A DNA stretch of 63,031 nt, counting the filler, from Perkinsus chesapeaki ATCC PRA-425 (Eukaryota > Protista > Perkinsozoa), in assembly GCA_013115145.1 (NCBI GenBank). It is 6 parts of 6 records of this genome, joined end to end, with 100 filler letters (N's around TTAATTAATTAA, not from the genome) between each part and the next. Parts side by side here need not be neighbours in the genome. Positions count along the whole stretch, not along the records: positions 41,327 to 61,548 come from JAAPAO010000621.1; 5 more parts are not named here. One strand, written 5' to 3'. The position numbers were made by a program, and so were the translations under genes. How positions within the stretch are numbered: position 1 is the first letter of the stretch; each line of letters begins with the position of its first letter. The notes under the pieces are model-generated. The model did no database searches. It had not been told where the DNA came from and saw nothing but the letters and a program-made list of their open reading frames with translations. Shown here in pieces: positions 50,178-60,587 of the stretch.

Positions 50178-51840
50178 ATGGACTGGCCCTCTTTTGACGA
50201 CCTCAACTACTTACGTTGACAATTGGTGACTTAGATAGCTACTACGAGATGATGACAAACCAAAGTTAACGACGATGACGAAGGTGACAAATGAATGAGC
50301 GGTCTGGACTATGTTCTGAAGTTCAGAATCTGAACTACCGCTACCGAGGCAGCCTTAGTTGCTTGCGACTAAGGTCCCCTCACCCTATGGCCGCACGATA
50401 TAATCGTACAACTTCAAGACGTCGACTAATCCAACCAACACTATTGCACTTGAACCACGATTACTTGCTAATGATCTGTTAATACTACGTAATGACACCG
50501 AGACTACTGATGTAGCCCTCAAAGTGAACGAGCTCTACACAGTCATGGTCACAGGGACCATGTGGTTACAACAAGGTGTATCCAGGTTTCAACGTCAAGT
50601 ACAACAGTGAGAAAAGGGCGACTAGTTTCCAGATGGTAGTTCGTTGGTACCGTGGACCACGGTCGCATGAGACCGTGTGGCGACAGCATGGTGAAGCCTT
50701 ACCACTGGTTGACGACATCGTCGAGCTCGGCTACTACGTTAGGTCTGTTCTGATGATAATATTGATATCCCTTGGTACGTGCACAATTACTCTGGGGACG
50801 TCCATTACAAGAACTTACCTACGTAGGAACGTACTACCGAGTAGCTGACGTGGCAGTTGTCACCTCAGCCATGATCTACGGATCGCGTAGGTTCAGCATG
50901 GTGAACCTTTACTCACACGACATGGGTGTTGAGGGTGAGGGAGCCCTGAAGGCGGTCGACGAGACTGATTCGGTTCCAGCATGATGGACCCGACCCGTTG
51001 TCGTGGGGATAATGGAGGAACAACAAGGTGAACCTCCACCCTCCCCCTCTCGGTCTAGGACGTTCACTGAACGTCGTTCAGCTCTGAAAAGTGGTTAGGC
51101 TGACGACAATCACTGGGATTGATTCGGTTCCAGCACGATGACTCGATCCGGTGGATCCGAGACTGATTCGGTTTCCAGCATCGTGGATTCCGGTCCTACG
51201 TCTACCGAGCTACGATCTATTCCGGGGGTGTCGCCATTCACCCAGTGTTGTTTCGTCCACGGTATGTTCCGTCCAAAATTGTTTCATCCACGCGCGAATT
51301 CGCCCAGCTCTTTTCATCCATGCGCGTTTCCTCCAGCTCACTTCGTACACTTGCAGTATTGGACGAAAAGATCATGGACGAAACGCGCATTGTCAGCATA
51401 TCTTTGCATGAAGCAAGCATGAACGAAACAATCGTGCCGAAACCCTACATGGACGAAACAAATGTGTACGAAACGAGCACAATCACAGTGGACGAAACGA
51501 TCCTGGATAAACTGCGATCTGGGCGAAACAATCCTGGACGGAACATGCCATGGACGAAACAATAATGGACGAATCGCGGTACACCCATCGATTCGTGGAG
51601 CCAAGGATGATTGTTAGTATGATGACTACGACCTCTACCACGGTTCGACAACTTTATGAACAAGCTCAGTTCACTAATGAGGTCTTACGTTATCACTTCA
51701 TTAAGTACGTTAGTCAGGCAGTTGACGTGCTTACTGTTGTCCTATACTACCTACAGGCTCATTGACTACGAGCAACTCTATTTGCCGCATGATTACTCTC
51801 TAATCACTTCGGCTGGTTAAACTTTCGAGGTCGACTGACG
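50178..51840 (+). pseudogene. Heavily decayed retroelement-associated ORF, interrupted by a MITE
   Basis: Codon-like frame with the same CTA/CGT/GAC usage as the adjacent gag, riddled with TGA, TAA and TAG stops. Short ETDSVPA-type repeats at 50961, 51119 and 51159. Confidence 0.45.
51226..51586. mobile_element. MITE / foldback-like non-autonomous DNA element
   Basis: About 100-bp imperfect TIRs (GGGTGT...ACACCC) built from TTTCGTCCA-like modules on the left and TGGACGAAA-like modules on the right. Confidence 0.8.
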
Positions 51841-52060
51841 TGTCTACATACGTGCACTATGTAGCCTAACAACGACCAACGTCAATTGTTGCCTTCTATT
51901 TTTATATGTCCCTGACAGGGACTCCCTGTGGTTTATCTTCCGAGGGACAACTTTCTCTTATTTTGTAACCTGAACGCTAGGTTCAACGTCAATTCATCAT
52001 ATTAACTAAGTCGGGACTACTTGTTGTAGCGACCTGTTTACGCGCAACCCTCTAACTAAT

Positions 52061-54106
52061 ATGACTAACCCCGACAACCACGATGTCATCATCAACGAGA
52101 ACAACAATGAGATTGGTATCCAGACTACCGGTACTGCTGTTGGTTTCAACACTGACCCACCTCAACAGCCTGACGTGTTCCTAAGAAGGCTACCGCCATC
52201 ACTACCCTGCAATGGAATATCTGGGATACCTTTTGGCTCTGTCTCCTACGTCTACCCACAGAACAACGACTTGGATGGCGGTAATCCTGAGAGGGTCACC
52301 AATGGTTACTCTGGACTACCTTCTCGAACTGTCTACGTTCCGCCTGTAAATGGCAGAAGACCATCTAGAACCTCACGTTCGTCTGACGAACTTCGTCATC
52401 TGCGTCTTCATCACCCTCTGATAATGATGTGGAGAGAAGGGACTACCTACGTGGACAACACCCTCAAGGTCAGACTAATCGTAGAGAAGAACGTTCAAGA
52501 AGACGAGAGGGGAATCGCAGACATCGCCACAGAAGCCCAAGCTCTTCTTCAAGGACATCTTCTAGATCTATGAACTCTAAGGACCCTTCTAGACGGCATA
52601 GACGCCGACGTGCCCAAGAAAGCCACGGCTTGACTTCTGGTACTTACTATGTACCCCCACAACGTGGAACTCCTTCTACTGAGTGGTGCTCTGGTTGTAA
52701 TCGACGCCGTTGTGAACAAGCTCATATCAGTACGTGACTTTGACACTATGCAAATCGTCATACGTGCTCTACGTCCTGAGGAATCCTTCACTGGCGCTAA
52801 AGACCCACACTCTGGTACAACTTGGATCACTGAGATGTATCAGGAAACGGAGGGGCATCCAGACGTCGTGAGATATCTCTGGCTTAAGAAGTATACGTCT
52901 TCCAAGGTATGGAATGAGGTGACCGCTAACATCACACCTCTCGCACGTTGCTATCGAGACTATGAGCGTCAACTTGAAAAGGTCGTACGCCATCTCCGGA
53001 AGTCCTTCGACACCGACGAACATCTACATAAGACTGAGCACATCTTCAGCAACGTGAACCAAGGGAAAGGTTCGGTGTACGACTTCGTTGAACGTCTTGA
53101 GGAGCTAAGTGGAGAACTCTACCACCTTGGATCGCCTATACTCGAGTACAAGCTCAAGTGGAACCTCTACAACGGTCTCAACGACTCCGAGCTACAACTA
53201 CGAGTAAACGACGTCTTGGACGACAAGGATGTGAACTACGCTGACTTTAAGGCCACTGTGCTACGTCAGTATAGACGTATGACTAATAGTTTTGGCTTCA
53301 AGTCTAAGAGAGATGCTACGGGAAGCCCACGTCGTGATGAATCTCGTGGGAAGTACCAACGCCAAGAACGTGGACAATCTGGCAGGTATCCTTGGTCACG
53401 CCAATCCAGTAGGCCTCCCAGTACCTCAGTCAACTCACTACAGTCCGAAACTGATGGCTATACGACTGATGATGAAGACCAACGTCGACATCACATCAAT
53501 ATGGGACGAGATCTAACTGGCATGAAGTGTTTTAGATGCCTACAACGTGGCCATTCTGCTAGAGACTGTCTTCAAGACGAACCTTCTGATCTTAGCATAC
53601 GTTGCCGTATATGTGGTAACCCACAACATCAGGCAGACGTGTGTAAGATACGGAGCGATAAACCACTATGCTATCGTTGCCAAAACCCTGGACATCTTGC
53701 CTACGTATGCACTTCCAAGAAGAAGTCGACTACGTCATGAACAAGGAGAGCACCTACACCAAGACCTACTGCTACTGTTGGTATGATACTTGACGACAGT
53801 ATTACCCATACAGAACAGCATGTCTACACGACTAGAACCACTTCACGAGACGTTGATGAAACCATCGGATCGATGGAGATGGTGATAGGCAACGCCCAGG
53901 TAGAAGGCACTACGATACCAGCCCTCTTTGACACTGGTGCAGAAGTAATACTTCTGACTCAGCACACCGGTCGTAGATATACGGGGAGTAGTCACCCTAG
54001 TCGTATCAGCTGGTGGTATGACGTTACTAGGACCAAACATAGAGAGGTTAACGTTATAGTCGATGACGTTCTGAACGGCCTTGCAACCAGTCGTTACAGT
54101 AGCTAG
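52061..54106 (+). mobile_element. gag: LTR-retrotransposon gag-protease (element X), one frame broken by three TGA codons, truncated after the protease
   Basis: QGKGSVYDFVERLEEL capsid-type motif, three CCHC knuckles and protease LFDTGA. In-frame TGA at 52571, 52631 and 53738. Confidence 0.88.
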
Positions 54107-54398
54107 ATCAGCACCAGGCGACCAGATTTCTCTGCGGTAGGCGTCGATGTCGTGATGGCCACGAGGTGCCTGTGGACGTAGGTCTTCAGCATGTCTACTA
54201 ACATCGTTGCTAAAGTTGTTGCCAGACGTAGTTGTAAAAGAAAAGAGGGATAGGGACGTACAATTAGAGTCGTCAACTACTCTACAAAACCATGCTATAA
54301 TAGAAGAATAAAGTAGAATAGTAGAATAAAGATAGGGACGTAGCTACACTAGACGCTCACTAGCCTACTTCACTATAGATATAAACGACGTGATCTAG

Positions 54399-54625
54399 TT
54401 TGGTGGCCCTTCCTTAGCTGTCTCATACTCATACTCAGACGAGGATACATCGGCGGTGATAGCATAACTCTTGTGCATAATACAACACTCTTGTAATTGA
54501 TGGATTAAGAATAGATGATAGTGATAGTAGTATTGAGTTGTTAATGGAGCTATGTACGTGCTCACATATTGAGGGATAGGTAAGAGTTGATAAGATAGCA
54601 AGAGGCTACTCGTCGGGCGAGTACA
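54399..54625 (-). repeat. 3' LTR of element Z
   Basis: Matches 60156-60382 (offset 5757); TGTAC...CCAAA on the minus strand. Confidence 0.95.
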
Positions 54626-54635
54626 CTCCCCCCCT
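54626..54635 (-). promoter_or_regulatory. Polypurine tract
   Basis: AGGGGGGGAG abutting the 3' LTR. Confidence 0.9.
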
Positions 54636-54749
54636 GAAAAGTGATCACAATTGATCGCTTTGACTACGGGAGATGAAGGGCTACAAAGAAAAAACTTCAC
54701 CTGTCGTAGTATGTAATGAAAACAGGGGCTATATAACTCAAGGAAAAAA

Positions 54750-55628
54750 TCAAGCTTCGACGCCTATGCGTGCAAGCAGATTCTTAAGTGGCTCACTGAT
54801 ATGACCAGACACATCAAGTGTAACTCGTGGACCAGTGCAACAAACATCAGAGTAGGCAACGTCAACGAAATTATCAGAGGTGTCATACCACTTTTGCTGG
54901 TCGTCCATTAGCAAACGACACAGTTTGAGTTTCTTCTCTAGGGGGTGATTGTGATAAACACGACCGATGTCAATAGAGACAACACCTTCAGTGTCATCAT
55001 CTGGATTACGAAAGCATATAAGATCACCAACAGCTAAGTCTTCGCAAGGAGTGGAGATAAGGTCGGCAAGTTCAGGTATACCGAGCGAACCGTAAGTGTG
55101 AATGATGTCATCAGAAGGAGCTTTGAATAGTTGCCAGACAGGGACTGGATGAGGTAAGGGTCGACCACGTGAGCTTAAGTTGGCCATGGAATGTTGAGAA
55201 TCAAGAGGCGCTAGGACAAAGTATGGTCCCAGAACCAGTCGTTTCCCTAGGCTGTCAACTATAACTCTAAAGACTCGATCACCAGGAGATATTGAAGGTT
55301 CATGACGATAGTTTTCGCTGAGGTTGAGGGCACGTCCTTCGGCGAGCGTAGTGCGCCATGCGGCGTGTAAAGCGCTTATCTCCTGTTGTAAAGCGGTAAG
55401 ATAAGAGGTCGCATCAGAGGGAGGATGGGACCCAGTCGAAGAAAATTCCAATAAAGATTGAACTGCATCACGACTTCGTCCACCGTAGACCAAATCCTCT
55501 GGAGTGATATCTTCGTCTCCATAAGCACGTGGGCTAGTATTATGAAAATGACAAATCCATCGTAAGTTGCATAAAGCAACCGCTAACGGAACATGCGCAC
55601 AGAGTTTGCGCAAAGAGGATTTCACCAA
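54750..55628 (-). CDS. Integrase C-terminal part of element Z (out of frame with pol)
   Basis: HNTSP...TPEDLVYG and LGPYFV motifs typical of the post-core integrase region. Confidence 0.75.
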   Translation of the reverse strand: MVKSSLRKLCAHVPLAVALCNLRWICHFHNTSPRAYGDEDITPEDLVYGGRSRDAVQSLLEFSSTGSHPPSDATSYLTALQQEISALHAAWRTTLAEGRALNLSENYRHEPSISPGDRVFRVIVDSLGKRLVLGPYFVLAPLDSQHSMANLSSRGRPLPHPVPVWQLFKAPSDDIIHTYGSLGIPELADLISTPCEDLAVGDLICFRNPDDDTEGVVSIDIGRVYHNHPLEKKLKLCRLLMDDQQKWYDTSDNFVDVAYSDVCCTGPRVTLDVSGHISEPLKNLLARIGVEA

Positions 55629-58170
55629 AGATACTGACTTTGTTGAGTATAGTAGTCAATTCAGCTGTGAAAGCTTGTCCCTGATCTGAGACCAAGTGTC
55701 GAGGACATCCAAACCTCAACGACCAATCCAATACAGATCTGGCAGCTTCACGAGCGGTAGGTCCAGATACCAGAGAAAGTTCGAGCCAAGTCGTAAACGA
55801 GCCAATAAGAATGATGATGTAAGGAGAGGATAAACCTCCAATGGTAACTCCCGAGAATGGTCCACAGAAATCCACGATCAGTGTCTCGAAACGATTCGAG
55901 AGCTGACGGGACCGTTGCCCACCGAGAGGGACTACACGGAGTAATTCTCTCCTACACGAGAAACAATTCTGATAGAAGTTGTTGATATCGCGCCTCATCT
56001 TCGGCCACCAGCATTGTTCTCGTAGTCTATTTTTCATGGATTGGAGAGGGCAGTGGGGCCAGTGGGCCTTGAGAAGAAGCTTGGTGCGAAGGGTCGATAT
56101 TCCATCAAGAGAAGCTTCGTGTGGGACATAAAGTCTATGCTCACCATTAGTATCCACGAAGTAGATGTTGCCGTCCGGGTGTACTGCAAAAAGTTTGTCG
56201 GCTTGTTCTTTTTTCTGTCCAGAGAGTTTAGCTATGTCTCTCAACCGTATACCGCGCCAAGTCGTTTCATCATTAACTAGGGCATTGGCACATTGTTGGA
56301 GAAATGAGTCCTCATAGAGGGGGTCGGCGAAACCTTGTATAGTTGTTGAGGTAAGTACAAATACCGAGTCGTTGTTGTAGAGGCTGGGGAGGTCTAATGT
56401 ACCAGGTAGCCTAGATAGATAGTCGGCTCGAGTATTTTCGGAACCTGCAAGATGTTGCACAGTAATTTGAACTTGGCGTTGTTGGAGTAGGGCTTCAATA
56501 TCAGAAAATTGCTGAGTAAGTCTCTGGAGGGCTAATTTATCATAACTGCCAAGGTGGGGTTGCTTAGATGTGCACCAGCTTACTGTACTGCTGTTATCGG
56601 CCAAGAAGGTGACGATTTCCACGTCTAGCCCTATTTCGACTAGTCGCATCAGTCTTTTTGCGGCGTCGACGAGGGAGTACATCTCTAATCTGTTACAATA
56701 CCATTTCAGTGCATCAGGAAACTTCTTAGATTTTTCAGCGATAGTTACAGCATCCCGTTCATTATCAGGAGAAGGAGAAGCCGTGATAGACCAACCAAAA
56801 CCAGTCGCAGCTGCATCACTGTGCACGGTTATGTGAACACAACCAGCCCAGCTAGAATGGCTACATGGTGCTGATAACGATTGGGCAGATCGTAGTAGCT
56901 TTTGGAGCTTCTCACGGTCCCGCTTGTTGATACGTAACTCGCTGTCCCATGAGGCTCTGTCAGTGGCATGCCCATGCTTTCCAGACCAAGAGCGAATCAC
57001 ATCCGCAATGAGTGCACGTTCTGGATGTAGTGAAAGCGGGTCAGTGAACTTTCCACATACACTGAAGAGCGTTCGCTTGGTTATGGGGTCGTTGAAGGGG
57101 GAGTCCAGAGATGTAGGGTCTGGTTGATTGCATGATGCATGTAGTTTGCCGTTCTGGAAAGTCCAGGATAGACCAAGATGTGATGTCGGCTTGGAATTAT
57201 CAGATGCTACCCATGATGATTTTGCAGCAGGGAAAGTAACTCCAAGACGTTCACCAATGGCGTCCAGTAAATCCCATACTCGGCGGATCAGCTGCTCGTC
57301 GGTAGAGCCGATGGCTATATCATCATAGTATGAAAGGACTAAGAGGTTAGGTAGATATTGGTACCTCTCTTCAGGAGTGAGGTAGTCCGGCGGCTGTAAG
57401 CCGGTTAAACAAACATAAATGGCATCCGTGATGTTGTCGGTGAACGATTGGAGTGCTAGGGGTCCAAAGCGAACTCCAAAGCTTATACGGCGGCACTTGT
57501 ACCGCCGCCCGCAAGTGCGCAACGATAAGGCTCGATGGGCAGGAAGATGTAATTTGTAGAAGGCTTTGCCTATATCTCTGAAGGAGAGGTGAGCGATGTT
57601 GGCCGAGAGCAAGGCTTGGGCGCACTCGCCCAAAGATAGATTGTTGTACCCTGCCGGTGGGTAGGTGGAGTTTACTGCTCGACAGTCCGCACAAGGGCGA
57701 ATTCTATGGCCCTCATGTTGTGGTTGTGGAACAGGAAAAACGCATATGTAGTTGGTGTCGTCAAGGCTGCTGTTGCTGTTTTCTTCCGTCCACCAGTGGC
57801 TGTCGATGTATCTGGTAATCTCTTCCTGGAAACACTGTCGTGAATCCTTATCCAACTTCTTCAGCAGGCCAGTAGAGTAGTCCCGACTTCTGACTTGAGC
57901 AACGTTGTCGTTGTCGTTGTCGTCCCAGTCGATCTCAAAGGCATGAGTTTGTCCTGTACAGTCCTTGTGCTCATCGGGGTCCAAGGGTCTTATTCTGACT
58001 TTATAGGAGTTACCGTGAGGAATTTTTCGCCAATCTGCAAGGCGTTGTGTGAGATATGTGGAGCCTCTCTGTACCATGGTGTCGAGGTCTACGTCTAGAT
58101 TTATGGACTTTTTGTGTACCTTCGGAACAGGTGCTATATTGGAGGAAATGTTTGGTAGAATCATTGTCAT
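55540..58170 (-). CDS. pol: Pol (RT, RNase H, integrase N-terminus and core) of element Z
   Basis: RPCADCRAVN, DIGKAFY, FGVRFGP and YYDD (RT). HSDAA, DNSS and NTRADYLSR (RNase H). HWPH...CFSC, IVDFCGP and SDQG (integrase). Confidence 0.93.
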   Translation of the reverse strand: MTMILPNISSNIAPVPKVHKKSINLDVDLDTMVQRGSTYLTQRLADWRKIPHGNSYKVRIRPLDPDEHKDCTGQTHAFEIDWDDNDNDNVAQVRSRDYSTGLLKKLDKDSRQCFQEEITRYIDSHWWTEENSNSSLDDTNYICVFPVPQPQHEGHRIRPCADCRAVNSTYPPAGYNNLSLGECAQALLSANIAHLSFRDIGKAFYKLHLPAHRALSLRTCGRRYKCRRISFGVRFGPLALQSFTDNITDAIYVCLTGLQPPDYLTPEERYQYLPNLLVLSYYDDIAIGSTDEQLIRRVWDLLDAIGERLGVTFPAAKSSWVASDNSKPTSHLGLSWTFQNGKLHASCNQPDPTSLDSPFNDPITKRTLFSVCGKFTDPLSLHPERALIADVIRSWSGKHGHATDRASWDSELRINKRDREKLQKLLRSAQSLSAPCSHSSWAGCVHITVHSDAAATGFGWSITASPSPDNERDAVTIAEKSKKFPDALKWYCNRLEMYSLVDAAKRLMRLVEIGLDVEIVTFLADNSSTVSWCTSKQPHLGSYDKLALQRLTQQFSDIEALLQQRQVQITVQHLAGSENTRADYLSRLPGTLDLPSLYNNDSVFVLTSTTIQGFADPLYEDSFLQQCANALVNDETTWRGIRLRDIAKLSGQKKEQADKLFAVHPDGNIYFVDTNGEHRLYVPHEASLDGISTLRTKLLLKAHWPHCPLQSMKNRLREQCWWPKMRRDINNFYQNCFSCRRELLRVVPLGGQRSRQLSNRFETLIVDFCGPFSGVTIGGLSSPYIIILIGSFTTWLELSLVSGPTAREAARSVLDWSLRFGCPRHLVSDQGQAFTAELTTILNKVSIFGEILFAQTLCACSVSGCFMQLTMDLSFS

Positions 58171-60358
58171 CGGCGTAGGAGTCGATGTCGTCCTCTTTTG
58201 CTGTCAACTGCCGGCCATCTTTTGGACGGGTCCGTCCAATCAGGCGCGAAGTATCTTCAGCCGAGGGGGTTGATGATGTATGTTGTTGGGTGTCAGCTGT
58301 GCTGTTATCCTGTGGAGATACACGAGATGTTGTTATTGGTTGTCTTGGCTCGTCGATAAGGTTGTCGTACTTGCCAGCTAAACCCTCGCTCCAAAGGAAG
58401 TAATTGCAGAGCCTTTCTTCAGGAGTGCAACCGAACTCTCCGCATAGTGAGAGCTTATTGCGAATAGTGGCGTCGTCGTGATCGTCGGCCACAGGTTCGT
58501 TGACATTCACCAGTTTGTAACCGAGGTCTTGTAGTAGTTGTTGACCAACCAAAATAGATAGATTACCGGGGAGCGCCAAGTCACCGTCTATTACGTAGAA
58601 CAGTGCTGTAACCGCGGGGCCTTTTTGACTTCTGACTTTGACACAAACACTTTTTGTCAGCTGTACTTTGCCCCCTAAACAATTAATAATGACAGAGGAG
58701 GGCGTGTCTGTGAAACTTGATGTCAGTGAGTCCGAGATGAGGTTGACTGTGGATCCAGTATCGAAAAGGGCGCTTTTAGCTTGGAATACACCAGTGTCGT
58801 CGCAGACTTCTATGTCGCCCATGGCTATACATTTACCATCTATTGACATAGTGTAGTTATTTTCCAGACCATTTTGCTCCTTGCCCTTCGTGTTGGCTGG
58901 TATTTGGGAATCTTTCCTGTTGTTAGTAGAGCTTGTGGTAGATGTCGTCGTGTGTATCAGCTTGTTTAGTTTTGGACAGTCTCGCTTGTAATGGCCTTTC
59001 TCTTTGCAGAAGCGGCAGACCAGCTCTTCTCGAGGAGTAGCTTGGTTGGTTGTTGTGGATGTTGATGTGGTAGTCGACGATGTAGAAGGTTTTTGAGGAG
59101 AAGAAGACTTGTTGATTTCGGACTTATTATTACCATGTGAGAATTTGCAGTTGTCACCGTTCCTGCAATGACCCTGGCGGGCATAGTAGTGGCATAGAGT
59201 TGTGGATTTCTTGGAAACTGTGGAAGTAGTCGTCGAAGTTGAGGTTGTTGTGCTGACTTTTGGTGGTAGTGGCTTTCCTAGGAGTTGATCTAGGGTTACA
59301 GGGTGATGGGGTAGGCTCCATTCCTCCAAGATGTTGTCGAACTCCTTCAGGTTAGCGGTTCTTTTCAGGGAAGGGAACAAACTCGACCTGAGAGATAGGT
59401 CTTTTGCAAAGGTGGGAAACTTCTGCAAGGACGCCATGAGTTTATCCCGGCGTATATACCAGGTTAGGGATCCTGCTTGGTTGCTCTGTCACTCGGCGAA
59501 CAGTCTTCTTTCTGCTGCGCAGAATAAGGACCAGGATTCGAAACGATGAGTCTCGAGATTGACCCAGCGTGATAGATATGTGGAGGCATCAGATGGTAAG
59601 AACTCTGCTTCAAGTGCATTGAGTAGAAGCTCAAAGACGTCTCCGCAATCTCGGAGCCATTCCTTTAGGCTAATCGTCATGGCGGCTTTTTTGGCCTCAG
59701 TGCAGTCCTCGAGGGAAATGTCGATCTTCGTCCATGCTGTTAACAACTCCTTATTGGCCAGGCATGTCTCGAATGCATGTAGCGCCTGGTTGTGGGGGAG
59801 GGCGGCAACCAAGATAGCTATCCTCAGTGGATATGATAGTTTTGCGAGTGACATTTTGTGTAGAAGTCTAGTGAAGTATGCTTCAGACCACTGTTCTCCA
59901 GAGAAACCCCATTCCTTAAGCCATGTTTTGACGTCCAAGGCCAGCGTCTTGCCCCTAGTGGATGTCAGGGTTAGCCCGGCTACGTTATTATATAGGCCAA
60001 ACGTTCCCAAACCAAGTAAGATGAGACAAGCCGTGGTCGGTTGCCTAAGCTTTCTGAGCTCTGCTTCAGAGAGGGCTGAGCTCCGTTGTTGAACATCATA
60101 GTCACAGGTAGCGGTGTTGACCACTTGATTGAGAAAACGGTAGGATGATGCACCATTTGGTGGCCCTTCCTTAGCTGTCTCATACTCATACTCAGACGAG
60201 GATACATCGGCGGTGATAGCATAACTCTTGTGCATAATACAACACTCTTGTAATTGATGGATTAAGAATAGATGATAGTGATAGTAGTATTGAGTTGTTA
60301 ATGGAGCTATGTACGTGCTCACATATTGAGGGATAGGTAAGAGTTGATAAGATAGCAA
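58010..60358 (-). CDS. gag: Gag-protease of element Z (one internal TGA at 59489-59491)
   Basis: ORFs 59489-60358 and 58010-59437 share a frame. Contains a CCCH finger, a CCHC knuckle and protease ALFDTGS. Confidence 0.88.
60138..60155 (-). promoter_or_regulatory. Primer-binding site, possibly tRNA-Gly
   Basis: TGGTGCATCATCC directly after the 5' LTR, complementary to a tRNA ending ATGATGC-A-CCA. The tRNA identity is an inference. Confidence 0.75.
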
Positions 60359-60382
60359 GAGGCTACTCGTCGGGCGAGTACA
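60156..60382 (-). repeat. 5' LTR of element Z
   Basis: Matches 54399-54625. Confidence 0.95.
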
Positions 60383-60587
60383 CTAGACCGAAATAAAGCG
60401 CATGGAGTCGTCACTAAAGGGTGGAGGCCCCTCAATGAACCGCGCAACGGCTAAATCGATCAGGCTAAGGGAAATGTAAGAGCGCAAGATGCTCCACTAG
60501 ATCCCACAGGTAACAGTATAGATAATATATCTACGTACGGAGGCTACTTACTAACGTTCTAACTACATACTAGTACCGCTTTACACG

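Larger units (their letters stand above)
54399..60382 (-). mobile_element. Full-length LTR retrotransposon (element Z; PR-RT-RH-IN order, Ty3/Gypsy- or BEL-like), 5984 bp
   Basis: Two 227-bp LTRs that appear identical, CTAG TSD (54395-54398 and 60383-60386), PBS, PPT, and gag, PR, RT, RNase H and IN motifs. Confidence 0.96.

Noticed and set aside
54395-54700. ORF 54395-54700 as a gene
   Set aside because: It is the LTR copy of the gag N-terminal frame plus PPT sequence.
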